64,000 nucleotides of DNA from Mobula hypostoma (taxonomy: Eukaryota). Where the stretch lies: NCBI RefSeq assembly GCF_963921235.1, contig NC_086108.1, positions 93,250,001 to 93,314,000 of the forward strand, read 5' to 3'. Positions 1 through 13,099 of this stretch are shown here, in pieces. The translations under genes were made by a program, and so were the position numbers. A model generated the notes under the pieces. It saw only the letters and a program-made list of their open reading frames with translations, was not told the origin of the DNA and made no database searches. Each line of letters opens with the position of its first letter. Position 1 is the stretch's first letter.

Positions 1-112
1 ACTATCAGACTTAGCTGATAGGTTTCCAATATTCTGCTGGTTTGTCAAAGTTTTGTTCAGAGTCCATCTCTTACTGAGCCTAAGGATATCCTCCTGGTAT
101 TGGGATGATTTT

Positions 113-916
113 GCTATTTAGTCTCCCTACTCTACTCCCTGTACACTCTTGACTGCATGGCCAGATTTTTGCTCTAATTCCACCTACAGCAGGGGTTCAC
201 AATCTTTTTTATGCCGTAGATCAGTACCATTAACTGAGGGGTCTGTGGACCTCAAGTTGGGAAACCCTGATCTACAAGTTTGCAGATAATACCATCATAG
301 TGGGCTGTAACTCAGATAATGATGAATACGAGTACAGGAAGGAGATAGAGAGCTTCATGACATGGTGCAATGACAACAATCTTTCCTTCAATGTCAACAA
401 AAGAAAAAAGCTGGTTATGACAGGGAGGAGGGTGGTGCACATGCTGCTGTCTACATCAGTGATGTTAAAGTTGAGATGGTTGAGATCTTCACGTTCATCG
501 GAGCGAATATCGCTAATAGCCTTTCCTGGATGATGCCATGGCCAAGAAAGCTCACCAATGTCTCTGCTTCCTTGGGAGGCTAAATGAATTTGGTATGCCC
601 CTGTTGACCCTTGCCAATTTTTAGCGATGTACTATAGAAAGCATCCTATCTGCATGCTTAATATGACAACTATTGTGCTTGTGACAGTAAGGATCTGCAG
701 AAAGTTGTGAACACAGCTCAGCACATCACAGAAACCAGCTGTCTACACCCTTTGCTGCCTCACTATAGAAGCCAGCGTTATCAAAGAACCCACTCACTCT
801 GGACATTAGCTCTTCTCCCCTCTCCCTTTGGGCAGAAGTTACAAAAGCCTGAAACCATGTACCACTAGCTGTAAGGACAGCTTGTATCCTGTTGTTATCA
901 GAAACTTGAATGGACT
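113..916 (+). mobile_element. Degenerate Rex1/Babar-like LINE RT fragment (3' UTR resumes ~3283-3510)
   Basis: FADNT..VG, NDEYEYRKEIESFMTWCNDNNLSFNVNK motifs; interrupted by a hAT MITE and a CR1. Confidence 0.7.
190..269 (+). mobile_element. 80-bp hAT-type MITE
   Basis: Termini CAGGGGTT...AACCCTG; 8-bp flanks ACCTACAG/ATCTACAA; related copies at 20625-20704 and 50965-51044. Confidence 0.7.
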
Positions 917-3282
917 TGAATGGGTTTTGAGCAATGAGGAAGGGTTAATTAGCAATCTTGTTGTGAGAGGCCCCTTGGATAAGAGTGACCATAATATGGT
1001 GGAATTCTTCATTAAGATGGAGAGTGACATAGTTAATTCAGAAACAAAGGTTCTGAACTTAAAGAGGGGTAACTTTGAAGGTATGAGATGTGAATTAGCT
1101 AAGATAGACTGGCAAATGACACTTAAAGGATTGATGGTGGATATGCAATGGCAAACATTTAATGTTTGCATGGATGAACTACAACAATTGTTCATCCCAG
1201 TTTGGCAAAAGAATAAATCAAGGAAGGTAGTGCACCCATGGCTGACAAGAGAAATTAGGGATAGTATCAATTCCAAAGAAGAAGCATACAAATTAGCCAG
1301 AGAAAGTGGCTCACCTGAGGACTGGGAGAAATTCAGAGTTCAGCAGAGGAGGACAAAGGGCTTAATTAGGAAGGGGAAAAAAGATTATGAGAGAAAACTG
1401 GCAGGGAACATAAAAACGGACTGTAAAAGCTTTTATAGATATGTAAAAAGGAAAAGACTGGTAAAGACAAATGTAGGTCCCCTACAGACAGAAACAGGTG
1501 AATTGATTATGGGGAGCAAGGACATGGCAGACCAATTGAATAATTACTTTGGTTCTGTCTTCACTAAGGAGGACATAAATAATCTTCCAGAAATAGTAGG
1601 GGACAGAGGGTCCAGTGAGATGGAGGAACTGAGCGAAATACATGTTAGTAGGGAAGTGGTGTTAGGTAAATTGAAGGGATTGAAGGCAGATAAATCCCCA
1701 GGGCCAGATGGTCTGCATCCCAGAGTGCTTAAGGAAGTAGCCCAAGAAATAGTGGATGCATTCATGATAATTTTTCAAAACTCATTAGATTCTGGACTAG
1801 TTCCTGAGGATTGGAGGGTGGCTAATGTAACCCCACTTTTTAAAAAAGGAGGGAGAGAGAAACCGGGGAATTATAGACCGGTTAGCCTAACGTCGGTGGT
1901 GGGGAAACTGCTGGAGTCAGTTATCAAAGATGTGATAACAGCACATTTGGAAAGTGGTGAAATCATCGGACAAAGTCAGCATGGATTTGTGAAAGGAAAA
2001 TCATGTCTGACGAATCTCATAGAATTTTTTGAGGATGTAACTAGTAGAGTGGATAGGGGAGAACCAGTGGATGTGGTATATTTGGATTTTCAAAAGGCTT
2101 TTGACAAGGTCCCACACAGGAGATTAGTGTGCAAACTTAAAGCACACGGTATTGGGGGTAAGGTATTGATGTGAATAGAGAATTGGTTAGCAGACAGGAA
2201 GAAAAGACTGGGAATAAACGGGACCTTTTCAGAATGGCAGGCGGTGACTAGTGGGGTACCGCAAGGCTCAGTGCTGGGACCCCAATTGTTTACAATATAT
2301 ATTAATGACTTGGATGAGGGAATTAAATGCAGCATCTCCAAGTTTGCGGATGACACGAAGCTGGGTGGCAATGTTAGCTGTGAGGAGGATGCTAAGAGGA
2401 TGCAGAGTGACTTGGATAGGTTGGGTGAGTGGGCAAATTCATGGCAGATGCAACTTAATGTGGATAAATGTGAAGTTATCCACTTTGGTGGCAAAAATAG
2501 GAAAACAGATTATTATCTGAATGGTGGCCGATTAGGAAAAGGGGAGATGCAACGAGACCTGGGTGTCATTATACACCAGTCATTGAAAGTGGGCATGCAG
2601 GTACAGCAGGCGGTGAAAAAGGCGAATGGTATGCTGGCATTTATAGCGAGAGGATTCGAGTACAGGAGCAAGGAGGTATTACTGCAGTTGTACAAGGCCT
2701 TGGTGAGACCACACCTGGAGTATTGTGTGCAGTTTCGGTCCCCTAATCTGGGGAAAGACATCCTTGCCATAGATGGAGTACAAAGAAGGTTCACCAGATT
2801 GATTCCTGGGATGGCAGGACTTTCATATGAAGAAAGACTGGATGAACTGGGCTTGTACTCGTTGGAATTTAGAAGATTGAGGAGGGATCTGATTGAAACG
2901 TATAAAATCCTAAAGGGATTGGACAGGCTAGATGCAGGAAGATTGTTCCCGATGTTGGGGAAGTCCAGAACGAGGGGTCACAGTTTGAGGATAAAGGGGA
3001 AGCCTTTTAGGACCGAGATTAGGAAAAACTTCTTCACACAGAGAGTGGTGAATCTGTGGAATTCTCTGCCACAGGAAACAGTTGAGGCCAGTTCATTGGC
3101 TATATTTAAGAGGGAGTTAGATATGGCCCTTGTGGCTACGGGGATCAGTGGGTATGGAGGGAAGGCTGGGGCGGGGTTCTGAGTTGGATGATCAGCCATG
3201 ATCATAATAAATGGCGGTGCAGGCTCAAAGGGCCGAATGGCCTACTCCTGCACCTATTTTCTATGTTTCTATGTTTCTATGT
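917..3282 (+). mobile_element. Young 5'-truncated CR1 LINE (ORF2 RT; one in-frame stop at 2172-2174)
   Basis: KSPGPDG, NYRPVSLTS, YLDFQKAFDKV, GVPQGSVLGP, FADD motifs; (TTTCTATG)n 3' tail. Confidence 0.95.
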
Positions 3283-3714
3283 ATGATAAGATGGATTTTA
3301 GACCTCACAATATCTTGCACTTTATTGTTACCTGCATTGCACTTCCTTTGAGGCTTTTACACTTCATTCTGCATTGTTGTTTTTTAACTTTTTATATCTC
3401 AATATATTTTGTAATGAGTTGATTTGCATGAACAATATGCAAGACAAGATTTTCACTATATCTTGCAATATATGATAATAATAAACCTATACCAATACAG
3501 CAATTCCAATAATAGACTCTGGCCACAAATCCACTCTTGTAAACTCCAAAATCACCACCACTTTTGTGCCTGTACAATTCTTTCTGCAGAATTCCTGTTC
3601 TGCTTTCTCAAATATGATTTCAATGCTGCATCTGTTGACAATCAGCCCTGCAATGTTCCAGGACTCAGACGTCCACCTGGGATCTATACACAATATAGAT
3701 CCAAAACTCATTGA

Positions 3715-4255
3715 AAGTGGCACCACAGGCAGATAGGGTCATGAAGCATTTGGCGCAGGAGATGGGATGTTATATTGAAGTTGTATAAGACTTTGGTGAG
3801 ACCTAATTTGGAGCATTCTGTGCAGTTTTGGTCACTTTCCTGCAGGAAAGATGTAAATAAGGTTGAAAGAGTACAGAGAATATTTACAAGGATGTTGCTG
3901 TGTCTGGAGGACCTGAGTTACAAAGAAAGATTGAATAGGTTAGGACTTTATTCTTTGGAACATAGAAGGTTAAGAGGAGATTTGATTAAGGTATACAAAA
4001 TTAAGAGGGGTATAGATTGGGTAAATGCAAGCAGGCTTTTTCCACTGAGGTTGGGTAGGACTACAACCAGAAGTCATGGGATAAGGGTGAAAGGTGAAAA
4101 GTTTACGGGGAACATGAAGGGAAACTTCTTCACTCTGAGGGTTATGAGAGTGTGGAACGAGCTGCCAGCACAAGTGGGAGCAAGCAGTTTAAATGGTTCA
4201 GCACGGGCTAGATAGCCTGAAGGCCCTGTTTCTGTTCAGTACTTTTCTATGACTA
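3715..4255 (+). mobile_element. CR1 3' fragment
   Basis: LYKTLVRPNLE...RRLRGDLI...RVWNELP motifs. Confidence 0.85.
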
Positions 4256-4487
4256 TGAATACACACTAGAAAGAAGGAACAGGAGTGGATCAACAGGTTC
4301 TGTGTATCCTTGGGTTTATCTTTATCCTCAACCTTTTGCAGTGCCCGGTAAGCAATGACAGGTAAAGTCACATCATGTTTTATGTTTACGCTGAGGGGAA
4401 AGCCAACAAAGGTGAGCAAAATTAATGAGGAGGATAGATAGGGCAATGATAGAAAGCTTCTCGTCATAGCAACCATTGTTGGTAGAA

Positions 4488-5178
4488 TCTCAGGTGGTGA
4501 CGAGAGGAGTGGAGAGAGTGAGCAGTTTCAAGTTCTGGGTGTCAAGATCTCTGAGGATCTAACCTGGTTCCAACATACCAATGTAGTTATGAAAAAGGCA
4601 AGACAGCTGCTATACTTTATTAGGAGTTTGAAGAGATTAGGCATGTCAACAAATACACTCAAAAACTTCTATAGTTGTACCTTGGAAAGCATTCTGACAG
4701 GCTGCATCACTGTCTGGTATGGAGGGGCTACTGCACAGGACCGAAAGAAACTGCAGAAGGTTGTAAATCTAGTCAGCTCCTTCTTGGGTTCCAGCCTACA
4801 AAGTACCCAGGAAATCTTCAGGGAGCGGTGTCTCAGAAAGGCACCTTCCATTTTAAGGACCTCCAGTACCCAGGGCATGCCCTTTTCTCACTGTTACCAT
4901 CAGGTAGGAGATACAGAAACCTGAAGGCACTCACTCAGTGATTCAGGAACAGCTTCTTCCCCTCTGCCATCCGATTCCTAAATGGGCACTGAATCTTGGC
5001 ACTTTTTTTTAATATACAGTATTTCTGTTTTTTTTTATCTATTCAATATATGTATACTGTAATTGATTTACTTGTTTATTTTTTTTTCTCTCTGCTAGAT
5101 TATGTATTGCATTGATCTGCTGCTACTAAGTTAACAAATTTTATGTCACATTCCGGTGATAATAAACCTGATTCTGAT
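4488..5178 (+). mobile_element. Rex1/Babar-like LINE 3' fragment
   Basis: KKARQLLYFIRSLK, ESILTGCITVWYG, LLPSGRRYR motifs; ends in aataaacctgattctgat. Confidence 0.8.
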
Positions 5179-6614
5179 GGCAGAGGTATTCATAACCAGA
5201 GGGTTTATGGTAAAGTGTAAGAGGTTTAGAGAGGATTTAAGATTATTTTTCCCCACCCAGAAGGTGGAGGCAGAGGCTCTCACAATGTTTAGGAAGTATT
5301 TAGATGAACCTGGAGTCACCAAGACATGAAAGGCTACTGACAAAGTGCTGGTAAATAGAGTTAGTGTAAACGGGAAATTGATGACCAACATGGACAGGGT
5401 GAGCTTAAGGGCCTTTTCTGAGCTGAATTGCCTCTGATATGTCATGCAATTTATCTGCCATCCACTATTAAATTAGTAAAAATTAAAATCCTCCTCCTCC
5501 TTCCCAGTCATAAACACCTTTCACTACCAATTTGTTTCCCTGACCACGGACTGACATCGAACAGATTGGGCAGTCTTTGATGTCCTACTTGACCTGAGCT
5601 ACGGTACATTTCCAGAGCTGAATCCATCCCAAAATCTACTTGCAGAACATCACCTGTCTTCACCCCATCTCTGCACACTTCCTACTGAACCCCTCACACA
5701 TGCCACTACGTACTCACATCCAGTAAGATGGTGACACATTCAGTTGCAGGTGCCTCTCTGGGTCCAAACAAAAATGTAGTAGTTCATCCTTTTACATCTT
5801 TTTTCTTTACTACCGCAAGACACTGCTAGATATTGAGAACACTGAATATTGCAGGTTTATCCCATTAGTGAGTTGCTCGACAGAAGTGAACCTGGACTTG
5901 TTGCGCACTGTGTTGCGACCTGCTTCAACTATCCAGGGAAGAAGGCATCAAAGGCAGTGTGTAGTGGGGGTATGTGGTCCAACAAATGGTGGAAATGCTT
6001 GTTTCGGTCATTTTTCTGGTGATCACACGACCCTGATGGACATTGGTAATGTGGAATACAGCAAGTCTAATTCACTGGTCCACTGGCAAAATCAACGGTG
6101 GGGGAGCTGCATGGTCTCAGTTGCTGAGTGGACCAGGCCCTCATGCCTGAGAGTCACCTGCTGCAAACTCCCAGGAAGGAGACGCTGGAGCCGGCTGTGT
6201 GCTGCTGGATTCTATGCTGGGTTGGGGGACTGGCTCCTCTGTCAGTGCTCGATTGATGGAAGTCAAGCTGGATTGCATTTGCCTGTGGCTGGACTTGCAT
6301 GAGATGAGGAAATGCTGCAGTATTGTTCTTGCAGAAAGGTGGCTCTAGGCCAATATCCAAGCACCATCAATGTACAGGCCTTGACACCCAGAGACTGGGG
6401 CTATATTGTTAGTATTATTGTATGTTTTTTTGTTTTTGTGCTATACATGCTATGTGCTCTGTGTGACTGTTGGCACTCTACTTTGCATCTTGGTCCCGGA
6501 AGAATGCTGTTTCGTTTGGCTGTAGTCATGTGTATAGTTGAATAACAATTAAACTTTATTTTCACTTACTGCTCTGGTCAATCGTTCTCATTCTATCATC
6601 CAGCTGGTACCTAC

Positions 6615-8140
6615 TGTCATAATGGGGGTGCTGGGAGCGGACCCAAGTGCAAGACACAGACACTGAACTACTAGGAACAGGACTAGGATTATCAAGGTAG
6701 CAAGGTGTGACAGGAAGAAACGATGCTGGACATGACACAGGCCCTGGACGAGACAAGGATACAGGGCCTGGGCTAGGACTTGACTAGGACAGTGGAACTA
6801 GGACATGGAACTTGGAACTAGGAGCCTGGGCTTGGACTCCAAGCCAGAGACTGGACAAGGATCCAGAACCTGGGACTTGACTCGGGCTCGGACTCCAGAA
6901 CTAGGTGAGGACAAGACGTGGCATCTCCCCCATTTCACGTACATCTGCTTTCACTCCATCCTCCCGCCACCCCATTAGGAATAGGGTTCCCCTGGTCCTC
7001 ACCTACCACCCCACCAGCCTCCGGGTCCAACATATTATTCTCCGTAACTTCCGTCACCTCCAACGGGATCCCACCACTAAGCACATCTTTCCCTCCCCCC
7101 CTCTCTCTGCATTCCGCAGGGATCGCTCCCTACGCAACTCCCTTGTCCATTCGTCCCCCCCATCCCTCCCCACTGATCTCCCTCCTGGCACTTATCCGTG
7201 TAAGCGGAACAAGTTCTACACATGCCCTTACACTTCCTCCCTTACCACCATTCAGGGCCCCAAACAGTCCTTCCAGGTGAGGCAACACTTCACCTGTGAG
7301 TCGACTGGGGTGATATACTGCGTCCGGTGCTCCCGATGTGGCCTTTTATATATTGGCGAGACCCGACGCAGACTGGGAGACCGCTTTGCTGAACATCTAC
7401 GCTCTGTCCGCCAGAGAAAGCAGGATCTCCCAGCGGCCACACATTTTAATTCCACATCCCATTCCCATTCTGACATGTCTATCCACAGCCTCCTCTACTG
7501 TAAAGATGAAGCCACACTCAGGTTGGAGGAACAACACCTTATATTCCATCTGGGTAGCCTCCAAACCTGATGGCATGAACATCGACTTCTCTAACTTCCG
7601 CTAAGGCCCCACCTCCCCCTCGTACCCCATCTGTTACTCATTTTTATGCACACATTCTTTCTCTCACTCTCCTTTTTCTCCCTCTGTCCCTCTGAATATA
7701 CCTCTTGCCCATCCTCTGGGTCCCCTCCCCCTTTGTCTTTCTTCCCAGACCTCCTGTCCCATGATCCTCTCATATCCCCTTTTGCGTATCACCTGTCCAG
7801 CTCTTGGCTCTATCCCTCCCCCTCCTGTCTTCTCCTATCATTTTGGATCTCCCCCTCCCCCTCCAACTTTCAAATCCCTTACTCACTCTTCCTTCAGTTA
7901 GTCCTGACGAAGGGTCTTGGCCTGAAACATCCACTGCACCTCTTCCTACAGATGCTGCCTGGCCTGCTGCGTTCACCAGCAACTTTGATGTGTGTTGCTG
8001 AATCCTGAAGCTATTTATGAAGCCAGCATAAACAAGAATCAGCTGCCTTAACAGAAACTGGGGAAAACCGAAAACCTGGAATAAGGAACATGGACCAGAC
8101 CGCGATCCGGAATGTGGATTTGACGGACCGGACCATGACA
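6615..8140 (-). mobile_element. Solo LTR (TGTCAT...ATGACA) interrupted by a Penelope-like element
   Basis: Inverted termini at 6615 and 8140 flanked by a perfect 5-bp TSD CCTAC (6610-6614, 8141-8145); strand inferred from CATAAATA on the minus strand. Confidence 0.75.
6905..7998 (+). mobile_element. Penelope-like element 3' part: GIY-YIG endonuclease ORF plus pLTR
   Basis: ORF 6905..7570 with GVIYCVRCSRCGLLYIGET..RLGDRFAEH and ATHFN; hammerhead-like motif ~7900-7935. Confidence 0.92.
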
Positions 8141-8144
8141 CCTA

Positions 8145-8637
8145 CACTCAGTGGCCATTTTAATGGATACCAGCTATAACTAATAAAGTGGTCAGAGTGT
8201 ATGTTCAAAGTCGCCTACTGCTGTAGCCCATCCACTTCAAGGTTCAGCGTTTTGTGCTTTCAGAGATGCTCTTCTGCACACCACTGTTGTCATGTGTGGT
8301 TATTTGGGTTACTGTTGCCTTCCTATCAGCTTGAACCAGGCTGGCCATTCTCCTCTAACTTCACTCTTTAACAAGGCATTTTTGCCCACAGAACTGGCAC
8401 TCACTGTTATTTTTGTTTGTCTACCGTTCTTTGTAAACTCTACAGACTTTTGTGTGTGAAAATCAAAGACACTTAGATCACATTTCTTCCTCATCCTGTT
8501 TGTTCTGAAGAACAACTGAACCTATAACCATGTCTGCATGCTTTTATGCTTTGTGTTGCTGCCACGTTGTTGGCTGATTAGATATTTGCAATAATGAGCA
8601 GCCGTACAGGTGTAATTAATAAAGTGGCCACTGAGTA
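8145..8637 (-). mobile_element. Non-autonomous Tc1/mariner element
   Basis: TIR CACTCAGTGGCCA after TA; degenerate transposase N-terminus (MRKKCDLSVFD) on minus; an extra TIR end at ~9001-9033. Confidence 0.8.
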
Positions 8638-9949
8638 TATTCCGAACTCAATGATACACCTCATCTGCGTTTGGCGCTGCCTTTATTTTAAAAACTTCCA
8701 CTTTCAAACCTATTGTCTCTCCCCATCACTGTCCCTCCCTGAGCTCTACAACCTTCGAAGAACTTGGCTTTCTTCCATTCATTGTGTTCCAGCATCCACA
8801 AAATGGCCTCAGTCCACCAAGGTCGGTGGTGTCTTGAGCAACTAAAGTCCTGAAATTGCTTCTGCAATCTATTCCATCCTCGCCCTCTTGCCTCCTTCAA
8901 GACGCAAATCTCTTGACAAACCTTTTCTAGGTATCGCCCTGACATCGCCCTCTATGCCTTGTAGTCAATTTCTACACGCAGTAGCTACTTTATTCTGTAC
9001 AGGAGGTACCTAATAAAGTGGCCACCGGGTGTATTTGAAAACACTGCTGAGAAGGGGCTTGGTAACTTTTGATAGTTAAAGAATCAGTAGTCATCGTGCC
9101 CAACCGTTATGGAATCCTGCATTCCTCCGATCTCCTTCATTTTCGTCAACTTCTGATCAGACTTTGGGGGAAAACAACAGTATTTATTGCACAACATAAG
9201 AAATAATTGCGAATATTTCCCTGTTCATGTAAAACTCTGCGGTACAGTGGTTACTGGTGGAAATCCCGGTGCACTCAGCAAACTTGGTCCATGCTTCCAG
9301 CATTCTACATGATTACATCTCCAGACGGGACCACATTACCACATTCTTAACCAAGTGTCATAGTTGCGATATGACATGATAGGGGAATTGTTTCTGTTTT
9401 ACTCACCAGAGGATTAATTTTTTGGCTACCGCTCAAGGGCAATGTAAACCCACGGGGTTCGTAGACTCCATAAAAATTTGATTGGAAAGACGCTTTTGCA
9501 GACTTGCTAAAACGATAATGCGAATAAATGTGTGTAAACACACCTATATTTTCCACGTAGGCAGTTACGATTATTCCAAATGTTTGTACAGTATTTAACT
9601 TCTGGACACGTTAATTGGAATAAACGTGGAAAAGATCCTACTTGTTCGACTTTTCATCAGTTTTGGTTTCAACCTGTTGAAAAGTACAGTACAGGAATCA
9701 TCTGTCAATGCATTGCCATGTTGTTGTTGGACACGTTGGAGCTCAGTTTTCTCTTGTTTACCAGTCGTCACGTCGTGTCAATCCTGTCATTCTTAAAGGT
9801 CCTTTTGTTCCTGTGCTGCTTTGCAATATTAATATTGCTATATAATGATCAAAGTTTTCCGCGACAGTCGCCTCTGTGCGAATGAAACCCGTAATTACAA
9901 GTCCGTCTCGATCAAAGCAAACCAAGCATTAGAAAGTGACTATCACCAA

Positions 9950-10460
9950 AAAGACTCGTAAATTTTCACAGATGTACGGTGGGGAGCACTCTAACGGATG
10001 CATCGCCGTCGAGTATCGGGGGGCCACTGCAGAGGGTTGTAAACTGTCAGCTCCATCATGGGCACTAGCCTCAGCAGTTTCCAGGACATCTTCAAAGAGC
10101 GGTGCCTCAAAAAGGCGCCGTCCATCATTAGGGACCCCCACCACCCTGATCACGCCTTGTTCTCATTGCTACCATCAGCGAGGAGGCACAGAAGCCCGAA
10201 GGCACACACTCAATGATTCGGGAACAGTTATCCCCCTCTGCAATCCGATTTCCGAATGGACATTGAACCCATGAACACTACCTCACTAATTTTTTAATTT
10301 CTATTTTTGCACTATCTTTTTAATTTAACTGGTTAATATATAAATTTGCTGTAGTTCTTAGTTTTTTTTCTATTATTATGTGTTACATTTTATCGCCGCC
10401 ACAACGTCAACAAATTTCACGACATACGCCGGTGATATTAAATCCGGTTCAGATGTTCTG
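9950..10460 (+). mobile_element. Rex1/Babar-like LINE 3' fragment
   Basis: Homologous to 4488-5178 including the 3' UTR end. Confidence 0.75.
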
Positions 10461-11329
10461 ATACACCGCCCATTATCTCTGTAATATCCAGCATCGGCCA
10501 GGGTAACTGCGAGTGAGAGAAGCGCGTTCTTGCTCTGTGTTAATAGAATCCATCTATACACATACCTCTGCGTATTATTTGAACTTTGATCTACCATTCC
10601 AGAACTGGAGCAAAGCGAGGCAGGGCTGTCTAGGACTGAAATTACAGAAGTTCAACGCATCTTAGTGATAGTAAAGCTCTAAGCTTCGTGACAAGTTTTC
10701 CCTCTTCTGTTGATTTCGTTTCTGCTCATTTTCCTTGCGGCCGCAGTTGTGGTTCTCCCCTGCTGTGCGGGGAGCGGAAATCTTCTGCCTCCAAGGCTCA
10801 CTACAGAACAGCGCCCGATCAAGCTCTTCGGTTCACGATTGCCACGCTAAACCCGCTAAACCCTTCCTACCTGGTCGTGCTCCATATCCTTCCATTCCCT
10901 GCATATTCGTGAGTCTGCCTAAATGTATCATAAACGCCACCCTACTCCAGCAGCCTGGTCCGGGCACCAGACACTAGCTGCGTCAGACTAAATTTGCCTT
11001 GCACATCCCCTTTAAACTTTCCCCCTCTCACCTAAGTACACGTTCCTTAATACTAGACTTGACGTTTCTACTTGGGGGAGGGAAGAGATACTGGCTGCCT
11101 ACCCTCATCATTTTATATATTTTTATCAGGTCTCCGACACCTCAGAGAAAACGACCCAGTTTGTCCAACACACACAAAATGCTCAGCAGGCCAGCCAGCA
11201 ACTATGGAGGGAATAAACTGTCGATTTTTCGGGCAGCCTCTGCTTGCAAACCCCTGCACTTGTTGCCTCTCCTTGGCCTGTCTACATTCTTCAGGTTATT
11301 AAAAGATGAACACATTAACTGTTGCTTTG

Positions 11330-11567
11330 CAAACACGAGGAATTCTGCAGATGCTGGAAATTCAAGCAACACACATCAAAGTTGCTGGTGAATCCAGCAG
11401 ACCAAGCAGCATCCCGAAGAAGAGGTACAGTCGACGTTTCGGGCCGAGACTCTTCGTCAGGACTCGACGAAGGGTCCTGACGAATGGTCTCGGCCTGAAA
11501 CGCCGACTGTACCTCTTCCTGGAGATGCTGCCTGGCCTGCTGCGTTCACCAGCAACTTTGATGTGTG
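11330..11567. mobile_element. Fold-back element of two inverted Penelope pLTR ends
   Basis: ~100-bp inverted arms; TSD TTAACTGTTGCTTTG at 11315-11329 and 11568-11582; hammerhead-like cores on both strands. Confidence 0.88.
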
Positions 11568-12589
11568 TTAACTGTTGCTTTGATTGGTTTCGTTTCGCAC
11601 ATTTTCACACTGAGGGCACAACCTTTCAATCATCGCAAAACGAATAACCTGCGAAAGGTTTAAGGGGATTGCAATAAATAAATATTTAAAAGTGAGAGGC
11701 ATAGCTCTAATAAATTAAATGAGATATTTGACATCACGTAAGCGCGGACAGGGAGAGCAATCAATCTTCACCAAAGCGCGATTGGAGCGTTGTTGAAATA
11801 TTGGGTCCATTTCGGCGCACGCTATTTCACAGACGATTGTAGGGCGCAGGCGGTTCATATGGGAAGGATTAGGAGGGGTCTGAGAGAAAGCTGTAAAACA
11901 TCATTAGGGGCATCGATAAGGTGAATAGCCAGGACACAGGGAGTCCACAACTGGGCAGAGATTTAAAAAAAAGAAACATTTAAAATGGACCTGACAGACA
12001 ATTTCATCGTGCACATGTGGAAGAGGCTGCCAGAGGAAGTGGTAGAGGCAGGTACGATTACAACATTTAAAAGACAGCTGGTCAGATACATAGGCAGAAA
12101 ACGTTTGGTGGGAAATGAGCCAAACGCAGGCAAATACCTGTACGACCAGCTCAGGTAACCTGGTCGACGTGGACAAGTTGGGCGAAGGTCCTGTCTACGA
12201 CTCTTAGTTGTTACCAAGAAGAGCGAGGGAGATCAAACGAATTAAGTCTATTCCAGAAGTTGATAGATTTTGATAAGGACAGAGAATTATTGGATGATTA
12301 ATTTAATCTTTTCCTTAATATGCAAGAACAAAGTGAAGTGCAAGAATATATTGCTCAAAGGTGAATTGGAACCGGAACCTCGGATTTAAAAATAGTTTGC
12401 CACACACTCCGTCACTTTTAACGCGCGAAATTGTGAAAGATTATGGTAATCAAAAGTGGCTAAAGAGATAATGCAGACGACACTTCCTTCCGCACTGTGT
12501 GTGTTTCGGTATTATCAGTTGGTAAAGAAGTTTGCCAAAGAAGCTTTCTGAAAAGTCCGTTCTTGATCTCCACTTCCTTTAGCACATGA

Positions 12590-13035
12590 AATCACGAGGC
12601 AGTGAGTCACCGTGGACACGCGTTGTGGAATTACCTGCGTTACCCAGGTGTAAAGGGCGGCGCTTAGTATGAAGATACGGAGCCTACTTATTGGAGGAGG
12701 GAATATCCTTGTCTCCAGCACATTGCGAACTGCGGCTGGGAGGGGCAACGACGGGCAGAACCAGCAGATCTCTCCTTCCATTGGCTATTCCGGGGAAGAG
12801 GGCTGCCCACTGAGCAGTGGTTTTTAACTGGGGCCGCTTTGCAATGGGGAGTAGTTTTGGGAGAAGCAGCGCGGAACTTGTACAACAAACTTGTGAGGAC
12901 TCGTTGATTTAGTGATTGCATTTTATCTCGCTTGAACCACACCGCACGGGCTCAAACTTACCTGACACTCGGAGAGAATCGCTGCTGCCTGCCGCCCTGC
13001 GTTTTAATAGCGCCGTTCCTCTCATTCCTTTCACT
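12590..13035 (+). promoter_or_regulatory. Putative F3 promoter / 5' UTR in a CpG-rich island
   Basis: AP-1 TGAGTCA 12603-12609, kB-like TGGAATTACC 12626-12635 and GGGAATATCC 12699-12708, GC box GGGCGG 12655-12660, inverted CCAAT 12780-12784; CpG density visibly above flanks. Confidence 0.6.
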
Positions 13036-13099
13036 ATGGGCTGTGGTGCTGTTACATTTGGATTTATAATTCTTTGTCTTCACTTTGGGCACGCTTCAG
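13036..13099 (+). CDS. F3: Tissue factor (coagulation factor III) exon 1 coding part: signal peptide MGCGAVTFGFIILCLHFGHAS
   Basis: ATG at 13036, hydrophobic signal-like peptide, donor CAG|GTAAT at 13099/13100; 64 nt (phase 1) joins exon 2 in frame; lies in CpG-rich DNA. Confidence 0.85.

Noticed and set aside
839..3205. Antisense ORFs over CR1 (also 43758-45720 and 59003-60258)
   Set aside because: Shadow frames of LINE ORF2.
6660..6905. Short GGACTAGGA/GGAACTAGGA repeats resembling a spaced array
   Set aside because: Irregular low-complexity repeats inside the LTR; not CRISPR-like, and the context is eukaryotic.
11330..11567. Fold-back hairpins as miRNA precursors or DNA-transposon MITEs
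   Set aside because: Arms derive from PLE termini, and the 13-15 bp variable TSDs fit retrotransposition; no small-RNA evidence.
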